DNA of 64,000 bases from Treponemataceae bacterium (lineage in GTDB: Bacteria; Spirochaetota; Spirochaetia; Treponematales; Rectinemataceae), in assembly GCA_963677895.2 (NCBI GenBank), contig CAXXGJ010000012.1, forward strand, positions 67,443 to 131,442, given 5' to 3'. Numbering within the stretch: position 1 is the first letter of the stretch; every line of letters begins with the position of its first letter. The position numbers and the translations under genes are program-made. The notes beneath the pieces were generated by a model. It worked only from the letters and a program-made list of their open reading frames with translations, searched no databases and was not told the origin of the DNA. Shown here piece after piece: positions 9,819 to 19,494 of this stretch.

Positions 9819-11507
9819 ATGATCAAACACAAGGACCTTTCCATCGTAATCTCGGGCGAGGCGGGACAAGGAATTCAGTCCATCGAATCCATGATCACCA
9901 CATTCGCCAAAAAAGCTTTCTTCCATGTATTCGCAACGAAGGAATACATGTCCAGGGTGCGGGGAGGGTGCAACAGCACCAGCATACGCATATCGCCGAC
10001 GAGCGTCATGGCGGGCATCGACCGGATCGACATTCTCGTGCCGCTGACGCCGGAAGCCATTCCCCACCTGAAGGACAGGATCGGCGATTCCACCATCATT
10101 CTCGGAGAGAAAAGCCTGATAGGCGACGAGCGCATGATCGACCTTCCCTTTTCCGCCATCGCCGTGGAGGCGGGCGGCGCTATCTATTCGAATACCGTCG
10201 CGGTCGGCGCCCTCTGCGCGCTGCTGAAGATAGACCGCTCGGCATGCGAGCCGGGCATAAGGGAGTTTTTCGCGCAGAAAAGCGGCGATATACAGGCGGC
10301 GAACGTCGACGCGTTCAACCGCGGCTATGAGCGCGGCGTTTCCCTGCGGCAGGACATCGCCATCGATATAGCCGCCGACCCTGACGTGGCCGGAAAAATA
10401 ATGCTGACCGGCGCGGACGCGGTAGCTCTGGGCGCGATTGCCGGCGGCTGCAACTACGTCTGCGCCTATCCTATGTCCCCCGGCACGACGGTGTTCACGG
10501 CCATGGCCGAATATTCGAAGCGCTTCGACATCATCGTCGAGCAAGTCGAGGACGAGATCGGCGTCGCGAACATGGCTCTGGGGGCCTGGTACGCCGGCGC
10601 CCGCGCCCTGGTTTCCACGTCGGGCGGCGGCTTCGCCCTCATGAGCGAGGCGGTGAGCCTGTCGGGCGGCATAGAGACGCCCCTTGTCGTCCATATCGGC
10701 CAGAGACCGGGACCCGCGACGGGACTCCCCACCCGCACCGAGCAGGGCGATCTCAATCTCGCTATCCACGCGGGACACGGGGATTTCCTGAAAGTCCTGC
10801 TCGCCCCCGGGGATCTCGAGGAAGGCTTCGAACTGAGCCGCGCGGCATTCGATATCGCCGACCGCTACCAATCGCCCGTTTTCATAGTGACCGATCAGTA
10901 TTTCGTCGACTCGTACTACGCGACGCGGGCATTCGAAGTTCCCGAGGCGCCGCTCGAGAATAAGGTGGTGGCGACTGCCGCCGATTATCGGCGCTACGCG
11001 CTCGGTTCCCCGGACGGCATTTCCCCCCGCGGAATTCCCGGCATGGGCGAGGGAATCGTCTGCGTCGACAGTGACGAGCACGACGAAGGCGGCTACATCA
11101 CGGAGAACAGGGAAATGCGCGTAGCCATGGTCGCCAAGCGCCTCGCCAAGATCAAGGCCGTCAAAAAGGACGCCATCCAGCCGATACTTTACGGCGATGC
11201 CCGCTACAGCACGCTTCTCGTGGGCTGGGGCTCGGTGAAAATGCCGGTAATAGAGGCGTTGGCCGCGATCGATCGGCCTGGAATCGCCTATCTTCATTTC
11301 CCTTGGGTGTACCCATTGCCCGAAAGCGCGGCCGGCTATATGGCGGCAGCCTCCACCCGCGTCGCGGTGGAAGGCAACGCCACGGGACAGTTCGCCGACC
11401 TCGTGGAATTCGAGACGGGCTTGCGCTTTGACCACAGAATCCTGAAGAGCGACGGTTACCAATACACCGTCGAAGAACTAGCGGACAAGATCTCCGCGCT
11501 GCTGTAA
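9819..11507 (+). CDS. korA: 2-oxoacid:ferredoxin oxidoreductase alpha subunit (gamma-alpha fusion)
   Basis: GEAGQGI, EYMSRVRGG, YPMSP, EDEI, TSGGGFALM, QRPGPATGLPTRTEQGDL; substrate specificity cannot be determined. Confidence 0.88.
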   Translation: MIKHKDLSIVISGEAGQGIQSIESMITTFAKKAFFHVFATKEYMSRVRGGCNSTSIRISPTSVMAGIDRIDILVPLTPEAIPHLKDRIGDSTIILGEKSLIGDERMIDLPFSAIAVEAGGAIYSNTVAVGALCALLKIDRSACEPGIREFFAQKSGDIQAANVDAFNRGYERGVSLRQDIAIDIAADPDVAGKIMLTGADAVALGAIAGGCNYVCAYPMSPGTTVFTAMAEYSKRFDIIVEQVEDEIGVANMALGAWYAGARALVSTSGGGFALMSEAVSLSGGIETPLVVHIGQRPGPATGLPTRTEQGDLNLAIHAGHGDFLKVLLAPGDLEEGFELSRAAFDIADRYQSPVFIVTDQYFVDSYYATRAFEVPEAPLENKVVATAADYRRYALGSPDGISPRGIPGMGEGIVCVDSDEHDEGGYITENREMRVAMVAKRLAKIKAVKKDAIQPILYGDARYSTLLVGWGSVKMPVIEALAAIDRPGIAYLHFPWVYPLPESAAGYMAAASTRVAVEGNATGQFADLVEFETGLRFDHRILKSDGYQYTVEELADKISALL

Positions 11508-11522
11508 GACCGGAGGATCGGA

Positions 11523-12386
11523 ATGACCGAAAATGTTTTTGACTTCAACAGGAAGATCGATATCGCCTGGTGCCCCGGCTGCGGGGATTTCGCTATCAGG
11601 AAGGCTCTCCTCTCGGCGCTCCAGGAGCTCGGGCTGGAGAGGAAAAATCTTGTGATGGTGTCGGGCATCGGCCAGGCGGCCAAAATGCCCCAGTACGTAA
11701 ATTCCAGCTTTTTCAACGGGCTCCATGGCCGCGCCCTTCCGGTGGCCACGGCGATAAAGGCTGTGGCGCCCAACCTCACCGTGATAGCCGAAGGCGGCGA
11801 CGGGGACATGTACGGGGAGGGCGGCAACCATTTCCTGCACGCGGCCAGGCGCAATCCCGACCTGACGCTTTTCGTCCACGAAAATATGGTGTATGGCCTC
11901 ACCAAGGGCCAGGCGGCGCCTACGAGCCGCCTGGGCATGCGTACGCCCGTCCAGGTATCGGGCGTCATCAGCGAACCGCTCAATCCGGTCGCCCTCGCGA
12001 TCGCCATGAATGTGGGCTTCGTGGCGAGAACCCTCAGCGGGGATATAGAAGGCACCAAGGAGATAATGAAAAGAGCCATCCTCCACAAGGGTTTCGCCCT
12101 GGTGGATATTTTCCAGCCCTGCGTTTCATTCAACAAGGGGAATGGTTTCCAATGGTTCAAGGACAATACCTACAAGCTCGAATCCGAGTATAAAGCCGAC
12201 GATCGCGCCCTCGCTTTCGCCCGCGCCCTCGAGGAAACGCCTTTTCCGCTCGGCGTGCTATATGAGAGCGACCAACGTCGACCATTCGAAGAGCTCTTGT
12301 TCCCCTATCGGGAGGACAAGAGCCCGCTGCGGGAAAGGAAACCGGATATGGAGCTTCTGCGGACCGTGATTCGGGAAAAAGCATGA
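11523..12386 (+). CDS. korB: 2-oxoacid:ferredoxin oxidoreductase beta subunit (TPP-binding)
   Basis: WCPGCGD, SGIG, LHGRALP, GGDGD...GGNH, N.VYGLTKGQ, QPCVSFN. Confidence 0.9.
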   Translation: MTENVFDFNRKIDIAWCPGCGDFAIRKALLSALQELGLERKNLVMVSGIGQAAKMPQYVNSSFFNGLHGRALPVATAIKAVAPNLTVIAEGGDGDMYGEGGNHFLHAARRNPDLTLFVHENMVYGLTKGQAAPTSRLGMRTPVQVSGVISEPLNPVALAIAMNVGFVARTLSGDIEGTKEIMKRAILHKGFALVDIFQPCVSFNKGNGFQWFKDNTYKLESEYKADDRALAFARALEETPFPLGVLYESDQRRPFEELLFPYREDKSPLRERKPDMELLRTVIREKA

Positions 12387-12447
12387 GTCGTTTCTTGATG
12401 GCTTGACCGGGCGGCGGCCGCGGCCGCCAGACCCAAAGGAGGAAAGA

Positions 12448-13371
12448 ATGAATCAGGACTTTAAAGCGATTCGTTTCCATGAATATGGCGGATCGGAAAA
12501 TCTCGTTCTCGACACGGTAACCCCGGCGCCGCTCGGGGCGGACGAGGTGCTGGTGGAAGTCTATTTCGCAGGCGTCAATCCCATCGACTGCAAAATTCGC
12601 GCCGGCTACCTGAAGGAATTCATGCCGGTGCCGCTTCCTTTCACTCCAGGCGTCGATTTTTCCGGCGTCGTCGCCGATGTCGGTTCGGCGGTGAAGGACG
12701 TAAGGATAGGTCAGGCAGTGTTCGGCATCGGAAAGGGAACTTATGCCCAGTACGCCGTGGCGAAAGCGGCGGACATCGTTCCGAAGCCGGACAACGTAAG
12801 TTTCGAGATGGCTGCTGCCGTGCCGTTGGGCGCTCTAACCGGCTGGCAGGCGGTGGCCGATTCGGGAGCCGCCAAGGGTCAGTCGATCGTGGTTCAGGGG
12901 GCGGCCGGCGGCGTCGGACTTTTTGCCGTGCAGTTCGCCGCGCTGAAGGGCGCCAAGGTGACTGGCATCGCTTCGGAGAAAAACCTGACCTTTGTGAAGA
13001 CCCTCGGGGCCCAAAAGGCCGTGGCCTACGACGAAGGCGCGACGGAAGCGGAAATCCATGACGCCGATGTGGTCATCGATCTGGCTGGCGGGAAAGCCCT
13101 CGAAAAGGCATATGGGTTTTTGAGGAAGGGCGGAACGCTCGTGACCGTCGCCGGTCAGGTCTCGGAGGAAAAGGCGAAAGCGTTGGGTATCAAGGCCTTG
13201 AATTCCGGAAGAGGGCCGACCTCCCATCTGAAAGAGATCGCCGAGCTGCTGGCCAAAGGCAAGATCCGCGCCGAGTCGGGGAGCATCTTCGAACTGGCGA
13301 AGGCGAAGGAAGCGCAGGATATGTGCCAGACGAGCCACGCCAGAGGTCGCATTCTTCTTAAAGTTAAGTGA
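12448..13371 (+). CDS. NADP-dependent oxidoreductase (MDR/quinone-reductase-like)
   Basis: AGVNPID, PGVDFSGVV, GAAGGVGLFAVQFA, HARGRILL; SD AAGGAGG before MNQDFK. Confidence 0.9.
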   Translation: MNQDFKAIRFHEYGGSENLVLDTVTPAPLGADEVLVEVYFAGVNPIDCKIRAGYLKEFMPVPLPFTPGVDFSGVVADVGSAVKDVRIGQAVFGIGKGTYAQYAVAKAADIVPKPDNVSFEMAAAVPLGALTGWQAVADSGAAKGQSIVVQGAAGGVGLFAVQFAALKGAKVTGIASEKNLTFVKTLGAQKAVAYDEGATEAEIHDADVVIDLAGGKALEKAYGFLRKGGTLVTVAGQVSEEKAKALGIKALNSGRGPTSHLKEIAELLAKGKIRAESGSIFELAKAKEAQDMCQTSHARGRILLKVK

Positions 13372-13398
13372 GGGAGGCTGGGATCTGATGGCCGCTCC

Positions 13399-14196
13399 CT
13401 ATTGGTTTTTGCGCGCGTCGATCAGGCGGAGGAAATCGTCGGGAGCCGGGCTTTCGAACGAGATCACTTCCCTCGTGAATGGCTGTTCCAGAACGAGCAG
13501 GTGGGCGTGAAGACATAGCCTTCCCAGGGGATCGCTCCGGGCGCCATATCTAGGGTCGCCGGCGACGGGATGGCCGGCCTCGGAAAGCTGGGCGCGGATC
13601 TGGTGTTTCCTGCCTGTTTCCAGGCTCAGCGACACGAGCGAATAGCGCTGGCCCGCGGCCAGTACCTTCCAGTTCGTGATAGATCTCAGGGCGCCTGGGC
13701 TGCCAGGCTGCGCCCCATAGACCTGGCCGGCGCGGTTTTCCACGAGCCAGGTATCGAAAACGCCGCTCTCGTCTTCCATTCTGCCCTCGATGACGGCCGT
13801 GTAGCCGCGCTCTTTCACGAGCTCATTCCAGTTGTCCATGAGTTTTTTCTTGGCCATGGCGTGCTTGGCGAACACCATCACGCCCGAGGTGTCCCTGTCC
13901 AGCCTATGGACGACGGCTGCCCGACCGCGCGGATTCCTGCGCTGGATATGGTCGGTGACGATATCGTAGAGGGTCTTGGTCCTCGATCCTTCGGGCGCGA
14001 TGACGGAAAGCCCTTCCGGCTTTTCGACGACGATGATGTCCTTGTCTTCGAATATAAACTCGATCCTATGTCCGGATCTGCCGGGACCGCGCGGTTTTGC
14101 GGCGTCGTGGGGCCTGCCGGCTTCGTTTTGCCTGCCGGCTTCGTTGTACCTGCCCTGAACGCGCGGCTTGCCGGAATCATGTCGTCTCTGCTGCAT
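13399..14196 (-). CDS. RluA-family pseudouridine synthase
   Basis: VVEKPEGL, VHRLDRDTSG (catalytic Asp), LETGRKHQIR, GDPRYG, LCLHA. Confidence 0.93.
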   Translation of the reverse strand: MQQRRHDSGKPRVQGRYNEAGRQNEAGRPHDAAKPRGPGRSGHRIEFIFEDKDIIVVEKPEGLSVIAPEGSRTKTLYDIVTDHIQRRNPRGRAAVVHRLDRDTSGVMVFAKHAMAKKKLMDNWNELVKERGYTAVIEGRMEDESGVFDTWLVENRAGQVYGAQPGSPGALRSITNWKVLAAGQRYSLVSLSLETGRKHQIRAQLSEAGHPVAGDPRYGARSDPLGRLCLHAHLLVLEQPFTREVISFESPAPDDFLRLIDARKNQ

Positions 14197-14237
14197 GGAA
14201 GCATTTTACATCGGAAGAGGCCGATGGACTATAGCGC

Positions 14238-14301
14238 GGGGCCGCGAAGGGCTCCGGTGGTCGCTAAATATGAGGGGCCGCGAAGGGCTCCGGTGGCCGC
14301 T
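14238..14301. repeat. Two-copy 28-bp direct repeat (36-bp period) in a divergent intergenic region
   Basis: GGGGCCGCGAAGGGCTCCGGTGG(T/C)CGCT at 14238-14265 and 14274-14301. Confidence 0.85.
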
Positions 14302-14385
14302 TAAAATGCGCGCGCGGGGGGGCGCGGCGGGCCCCCGTTGCCGCGGGGCGGTTTCCCCGCTACCATGGGGCCAAGGAGTCAGACA

Positions 14386-14733
14386 ATGTTGATCCAACGT
14401 TCTGAGATGATACAAGAGACGAGAACACATATGCGCGAGGGCAAGGGTTCCTGCACCGTAACCCCGCTGGGCGGAGCCCAGCTCCAGAAACATTGCAGAG
14501 TCCTGTCGGAAATCGTCATTCCGGTAGGGGCGAGCATTGGACCTCATCCCCATGTCGCCGAAACCGAGTACTACATAATTCTCGAGGGCAGCGCCCTGGT
14601 GGACGACGACGGAAAGCCGATCAACGTGAAGCCTGGCGACGTCGTGATAACGAACGGCGGAGCCACGCATAGCATCGAAGCCACCGGCGACGTCCCGCTC
14701 AGGATGATCGCCGTCATCGTCACGGACGCCTGA
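14386..14733 (+). CDS. Cupin-domain protein
   Basis: MREGKG, GASIGPHPH..ETEYYIILEG, GD......GATHSI; SD AAGGAG. Confidence 0.85.
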   Translation: MLIQRSEMIQETRTHMREGKGSCTVTPLGGAQLQKHCRVLSEIVIPVGASIGPHPHVAETEYYIILEGSALVDDDGKPINVKPGDVVITNGGATHSIEATGDVPLRMIAVIVTDA

Positions 14734-15511
14734 AACCCTCCGCCCTGTTCCCGAACAGTTCGTACATGCAGATTCCTCCGGCGACGACGACGTTAAGCGA
14801 GTCGATGCCGGGGGTCATGGGTATGTAGACTTCGCCGCGGCAGAGATCGATGATGTCGGCGGGGAGGCCGTACCCTTCGTTGCCGACGACGAGGATGAAG
14901 GGGCGTTTCGGGGCATATTCGCTCAAGGGAAGGGCGGTCGGCGAGAGCGTGGCGGCGGCCAGATCGAAGCCGCCGCGGGCCAGGGAGGACAATCCGGCCG
15001 CGTCGCTGGCGTGGAGCGGGAGGGAAAGGGCGTTGCCCATCGAGGCGCGAAGGGCCTTGCGGTAATAGGGGTCGGCGCAGCCCGGACCCAGGAGCACGCC
15101 TGCCGCTCCCAGTCCCGCTGCCGAGCGGATCAGGGCCCCCACGTTCGAGGGATCGGTCACGTTCCAGAGGCAGAGGTATGAGTCCTCAGGCGCCCCTTGA
15201 CGTCGGGGTTCGCCCTCGTTTCCCGCGAAAGGCTTCAATTCTGGCCTTTTCGCTATGGCGATCGATCCATGGTGGAAATGGAAACCGGCGATTCTGCAGA
15301 TTTCCTCGTGATCGACCCGCTTTACGGGAAATTTCACTTCATGCGTCGCGAGCCAGTCCTCGTCGCTCCCCTCCGAACGGACGAGGCCAAGAATCTCAAT
15401 GTCTCCGGCGATCGCCTTCTCGATGACGATGCGTCCCTCGAGGACCATCAGACCCATCCGCGAAACATCCTTGTCCTTGAGGTCCGAAAACAGGCCGAGA
15501 TCGAATTCCAT
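14720..15511 (-). CDS. TrmH/SpoU-family RNA methyltransferase
   Basis: DPSNVGALIRSA, KALRASMG, VGNEGYGL, IPM...IDSLNV; the N-terminal part of the 467-aa ORF overlaps the next gene and is not real. Confidence 0.9.
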   Translation of the reverse strand: MEFDLGLFSDLKDKDVSRMGLMVLEGRIVIEKAIAGDIEILGLVRSEGSDEDWLATHEVKFPVKRVDHEEICRIAGFHFHHGSIAIAKRPELKPFAGNEGEPRRQGAPEDSYLCLWNVTDPSNVGALIRSAAGLGAAGVLLGPGCADPYYRKALRASMGNALSLPLHASDAAGLSSLARGGFDLAAATLSPTALPLSEYAPKRPFILVVGNEGYGLPADIIDLCRGEVYIPMTPGIDSLNVVVAGGICMYELFGNRAEGFRRP

Positions 15512-15606
15512 ATCGGCAGTATACAGCAGCCCGGCTAAGTTCCGCGATAGCGAAAAGCCGGGACTATCCGTCGCCTGGGCCCAATTCGCCATGAAAAGCA
15601 GTCGCG

Positions 15607-16464
15607 TCAGCCGAAAAGCGTCTCCATTTCCGCGTGGGCAGCGAAAGCGGCCATCGCGGCGTCGGAAGGTTTGGGCGGATTTTTCGAAGCTTCCTCGACA
15701 ATAGTCCTGAATACGTGGATATCGCCCGCGCTGTTGACGAAGGATCCATCCAGGCCCCAGGCGAAGCCCAGGGCGGCCGCGATGTCGGCGGGCTCTTTCA
15801 GCGGCTCGTACCAAGTGGCGTTTGTATGGGGCCTCTCGCCCCAGGGCTTTCGCAGGAAAGCCTTTATGAGCTGGTAGGCTACCTTTCGCCCGCGGCACTC
15901 GCCTACGAGTTCGCCAACGGCCGACGCGTAGTCCGGATTCCGCGACAAAGGCCAATTCCAAGGGAAAAGCACGGAATCGAAATCGAAACGACGGAGGCTG
16001 CGCAAATGCATGGCCGGGGCGTTCAGGCCATGGCCCGTCACGCCGAGGAAGCGGACCTTGCCGCTTTCCCTGGCTTCCACGAAAGCCTCGAGGGCACCGC
16101 CCTCTCCCATGGCTATCTCCCACTCATCCTCTTCGACGAGGACATGCATCTGCCAGAGATCCACATGGTCGGTGCCCAACCTTGCGAGCGAAGTCTCCAG
16201 CTCGGCGAGGGCTTCCTTTTTCGTGCGCATCTGCGTCTTCGTCGCCAGGAAAACCTCGTCGCGGTGAGATTTGAGCCAGGGTCCCATTCTCTCCTCGGCG
16301 TCGCCGTAGCTCGCCGCCACATCGAAATGGTTGAGGCCAGCCTCAAGCGCCAGGCCGAGCGTCCTGTCGGCTTCGCCCTGTGTGACGGTGCCCAGCGCCG
16401 CCGCGCCGAATATCAGACGGGAGGATTGGTGGCCTGTGCGGCCGAACGCTTGTCGTGGTATCAT
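15607..16464 (-). CDS. Aldo/keto reductase
   Basis: FGRTG....LIFG, GLNHFDVAASYG.AE, LATK, SL.RLGTDHVDLWQMH, GKVRFLGVTGH. Confidence 0.9.
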   Translation of the reverse strand: MIPRQAFGRTGHQSSRLIFGAAALGTVTQGEADRTLGLALEAGLNHFDVAASYGDAEERMGPWLKSHRDEVFLATKTQMRTKKEALAELETSLARLGTDHVDLWQMHVLVEEDEWEIAMGEGGALEAFVEARESGKVRFLGVTGHGLNAPAMHLRSLRRFDFDSVLFPWNWPLSRNPDYASAVGELVGECRGRKVAYQLIKAFLRKPWGERPHTNATWYEPLKEPADIAAALGFAWGLDGSFVNSAGDIHVFRTIVEEASKNPPKPSDAAMAAFAAHAEMETLFG

Positions 16465-16507
16465 GGAAGCCTCCTATATCAATCATGGCAGCATGCCGGA
16501 GGGAAAT

Positions 16508-17380
16508 GTGCGCGTTCTCGATTTCGGTTCCCTGAATATAGACTATGTTTATAAGGTAGACAATTTTCTCAAGCCCGGCGAGACAAAACCGGCTCAGTCG
16601 CTCACGGTTTTCGCGGGAGGCAAGGGACTCAACCAGGCTTTGGCGCTCGCGAGGGCGGGGGTCGATGTGGCCCAGGCGGGCAAAGTGGGCGGCGAGGGCG
16701 CCTTCCTCGTCGAAAAACTGAAAGCCGCGGGCGTCGATACGAGCCGCGTCGAGACATCGAACCTCGCGACGGGCCACACGATCATCCAGGTGGACGACGC
16801 GGGAAGAAACTGCATCCTTCTGTTCGGCGGCGCCAACCGCGATATAGATGCCGCCTGCATCGAAAGAGCCCTCGTCGGCTTCGGCAAGGGCGACCTTCTT
16901 CTTCTCCAGAACGAAATAACGTCCATCGCCTCGATTATGAGGGCGGCGAAGGCCCGCGGCATGACCATCGTCATGAATCCTTCGCCCTACGACAGCAACA
17001 TAGCGACCTATCCCCTGGAACTGATCGACATTTTCATGCTGAACGAGATCGAGGTGGTGGACCTGGCGGGCGGTGGCGAACCGGAAGCGGCGGCTTGGGC
17101 GCTCGGCAAGCGCTTCCCCGGGGCCAGGATCGTCGTGACGCTGGGAGCGGAAGGTTCGCTCTGCATAGAAAAGGGCAATCTCATAAGGCAGAAAGCGTAT
17201 AAGGTAAAAGCCGTGGACACGACGGCCGCCGGCGACACCTTTACAGGCTATTTCCTCGCCGGCCTCCTCGAGGGCATGGATACGGGCAAGGCCCTCGACC
17301 TGGGCGCCAGGGCGGCGTCTATCTGCGTCACACGGATGGGCGCCGCCGACTCCGTGCCACTACGCGCCGAGGTGAAGTGA
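16508..17380 (+). CDS. rbsK: Ribokinase (PfkB family)
   Basis: GSLNID, GGKGLNQA.A.ARAG, LQNE, NPSP, NEIE, DTTAAGDTF; GTG start after GGAGG. Confidence 0.88.
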   Translation: MRVLDFGSLNIDYVYKVDNFLKPGETKPAQSLTVFAGGKGLNQALALARAGVDVAQAGKVGGEGAFLVEKLKAAGVDTSRVETSNLATGHTIIQVDDAGRNCILLFGGANRDIDAACIERALVGFGKGDLLLLQNEITSIASIMRAAKARGMTIVMNPSPYDSNIATYPLELIDIFMLNEIEVVDLAGGGEPEAAAWALGKRFPGARIVVTLGAEGSLCIEKGNLIRQKAYKVKAVDTTAAGDTFTGYFLAGLLEGMDTGKALDLGARAASICVTRMGAADSVPLRAEVK

Positions 17381-17424
17381 AGTGAGGCGAGGGCGCCGAA
17401 CCGAAACCTAGGCGCGGTGTCTTC

Positions 17425-17880
17425 TCACTTCTTGCTGTCGAACTTGTCGGATTTTTTATCCACCCACTCGCCGGCCGCCACCGCCGCGTCCTCGATCGTC
17501 TGTATGATGGCTTTCAGGAGCTTCTCGCCGGCTTTTCCCATGCGGTAAAAGCCCTTGGCGGCGTCGTTCTTGCAGATCTTCGCCGCCTGGGCAATGGCGT
17601 TCTTGTACTGCTCGTCGGTCATCTTTTTCACGGCGTCCTTGAGAGGAGCGCCATCCTTCGTGTAACCGAACTTGACCGCATAGTAGGACATGACCATGTC
17701 GGCGATGGCCTCTTCCTCGAAATTCAGCTTGTCTCCCACAATTTTCGCGATATCATGGGCTGGATTCCTCGTCTTGAACCAGAGGAAGTCGCTGAAAGCG
17801 CCGCTCACCGCCAAGGCGAGCAGAAGGATGAGCGAAACCCTCCGCTTGAACCCCGCGGAAAAGAAAATACGCGCCTTCAT
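17425..17880 (-). CDS. Hypothetical protein with an N-terminal signal/TM segment
   Basis: Typical codon usage; ATGA overlap with the upstream gene. Confidence 0.7.
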   Translation of the reverse strand: MKARIFFSAGFKRRVSLILLLALAVSGAFSDFLWFKTRNPAHDIAKIVGDKLNFEEEAIADMVMSYYAVKFGYTKDGAPLKDAVKKMTDEQYKNAIAQAAKICKNDAAKGFYRMGKAGEKLLKAIIQTIEDAAVAAGEWVDKKSDKFDSKK

Positions 17881-18353
17881 TCGGATGCCGCCATCTTCTT
17901 CAGCAGCTCGGGCTCGAGCCTGAAGGACGAGCCTCTTCCCTGGCAGAAGTGGTGGACGCGGAGAAGATGAATGGACAGATCGGAAAAGACGAGCATGTCC
18001 TCGCCTTCGACACAGGATTCGGGGGACTGATCGGCCGCCCTGACGCTCACGGCATTCTTGTGATAGAGCCCGTCATTATAGGGGCAGGGCAGCATGCCGC
18101 GGGCGTCGCCCGTCTGGACGAGGAATTTTCCCAGGGTGATAGGTTCGCCGAGCCCGCGCTCGCCCGCCGCCCTCAGTTTTTCCAGGCCCGACGCCACCAT
18201 ATCGAAATCCAGGCCCAGCCTCGCGAATTCCGCTTCATCCTCGGCGATTATCTCCTCGGGCGGCCTTATGTCGTTTCCGAGAAAACCCTGGATCGTAATG
18301 ACGCCCGGACGCATCCTTTCAAACGCCTTTATTTCGGCAGGTCTCAATTTCAT
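17877..18353 (-). CDS. Hypothetical protein with Cys/His motifs, co-transcribed with the nqr-like operon
   Basis: Starts 12 bp after the nqrF-like stop, with a GGAG SD; motifs GMLPCPY and HLLRVHHFCQGRGS. Confidence 0.75.
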   Translation of the reverse strand: MKLRPAEIKAFERMRPGVITIQGFLGNDIRPPEEIIAEDEAEFARLGLDFDMVASGLEKLRAAGERGLGEPITLGKFLVQTGDARGMLPCPYNDGLYHKNAVSVRAADQSPESCVEGEDMLVFSDLSIHLLRVHHFCQGRGSSFRLEPELLKKMAASE

Positions 18354-18365
18354 GGTACATCTCCC

Positions 18366-19484
18366 TCACGCGAACTTATCAAAGTATATCTTGTCTTCCG
18401 TGAGTCCGTTGCGCTTCATCACGTTTATGCACGCGTTTATCATCCCCGGCGAACCGCAGAGATACCCTTCCAGGCCCTTCGCCCTGTCGACGCTCCCCTG
18501 GAGATAGCGATCCAGCACGTCGGTGATGAGGCCTACCTCGCCTTTCCAGTTTTCCTCGGGTTTAGGTTCGGACAGGGCGGGAACGAAGTGGAAGCGCGGC
18601 CAGCTCGCCGAAAGCGCGGCCATCTCGTCCAGATAGAACATGTCCTTCGTTGTCCTCGCGCCGAAGAAATACCAAATCTCCTTCTCGGGGAAGGCGCCCG
18701 TTTCATGCATGTGGTTGAGCATGCTCTTGAAAGGCGCCATGCCCGAACCGCCGGCCACGCAGATCATGGAAGCGGGCGTGTCGTGGATGCGGAATTCGCC
18801 GAAAGGTCCGACGACTTCCACCGTGTCGCCTTCCTTGAGGAACTTGTGCACCCAGGTTGTGGCTATGCCGCCGGGCACGAGACGTACGAGGAGTTCCACA
18901 TGCTTCGTGTCGCTGGGGCGCGATGACATGGAATAGGCGCGTTGGGCGCTCTCCGGCATTTCGCCGTAGGGCGGAACCACAAGCTGAACGTACTGGCCGG
19001 CCTGGAATTCGATCGGCTGCCCATCGATGTCGAGAAAAACCTCTTTTATGTCGTAGGTGAGGTCCGCGATGCGCGCTACCCGCGTCCTGAATTTCTTGAT
19101 GCTGAAAAGTTCCTCGGGCAACTCGATGGCGAGATCCTTGCGGACCTTCACCTGGCAGGCGAGGCGGATATTGTCCTCCATCTCCTTGGGGGACATGTAG
19201 GGCATCTCCGTGGGCAGGTGAGGGCCCACGTCGGTGATGATCTTGCATTTGCAGGCGCCGCAGGAACCTCGGCCGCCGCAGGCCGAAGGAATGAAGATGC
19301 CTTCGGCGCCGAGGGTCCCGAGGAGGGCGGATCCACCTTTTACCGTCAGCTCTTTTTTCCCGCCATTGATGGAAATCTTTAGCTGGCCGTAATTATTGAG
19401 GAATTTGTCCAGGATCGCGATGATCAGCGCCAGGAACGTCGATATTCCGGCGACCGTGAGCGGACCTACGAGAATCGGGCTCAT
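18366..19484 (-). CDS. nqrF: NqrF-like subunit: TM anchor + 2Fe-2S + FAD/NAD-binding reductase
   Basis: N-terminal TM, SACGGRGSCGACKC, RLACQ, RAYSMSS, AGGSGMAP, YLCGSPGM. Confidence 0.82.
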   Translation of the reverse strand: MSPILVGPLTVAGISTFLALIIAILDKFLNNYGQLKISINGGKKELTVKGGSALLGTLGAEGIFIPSACGGRGSCGACKCKIITDVGPHLPTEMPYMSPKEMEDNIRLACQVKVRKDLAIELPEELFSIKKFRTRVARIADLTYDIKEVFLDIDGQPIEFQAGQYVQLVVPPYGEMPESAQRAYSMSSRPSDTKHVELLVRLVPGGIATTWVHKFLKEGDTVEVVGPFGEFRIHDTPASMICVAGGSGMAPFKSMLNHMHETGAFPEKEIWYFFGARTTKDMFYLDEMAALSASWPRFHFVPALSEPKPEENWKGEVGLITDVLDRYLQGSVDRAKGLEGYLCGSPGMINACINVMKRNGLTEDKIYFDKFA

Positions 19485-19494
19485 GCTTCGCTCC

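Noticed and set aside
14238..14301. Possible mini-CRISPR array
   Set aside because: Only two repeats with an 8-nt spacer, and no cas genes in the window.
15512..16123. N-terminal extension of the 467-aa TrmH ORF (and likewise 21343-22125 of the 470-aa NqrC ORF)
   Set aside because: Arg/Pro-rich off-frame readings overlapping the aldo/keto reductase and NqrB genes; better starts exist at 15511 and 21342.
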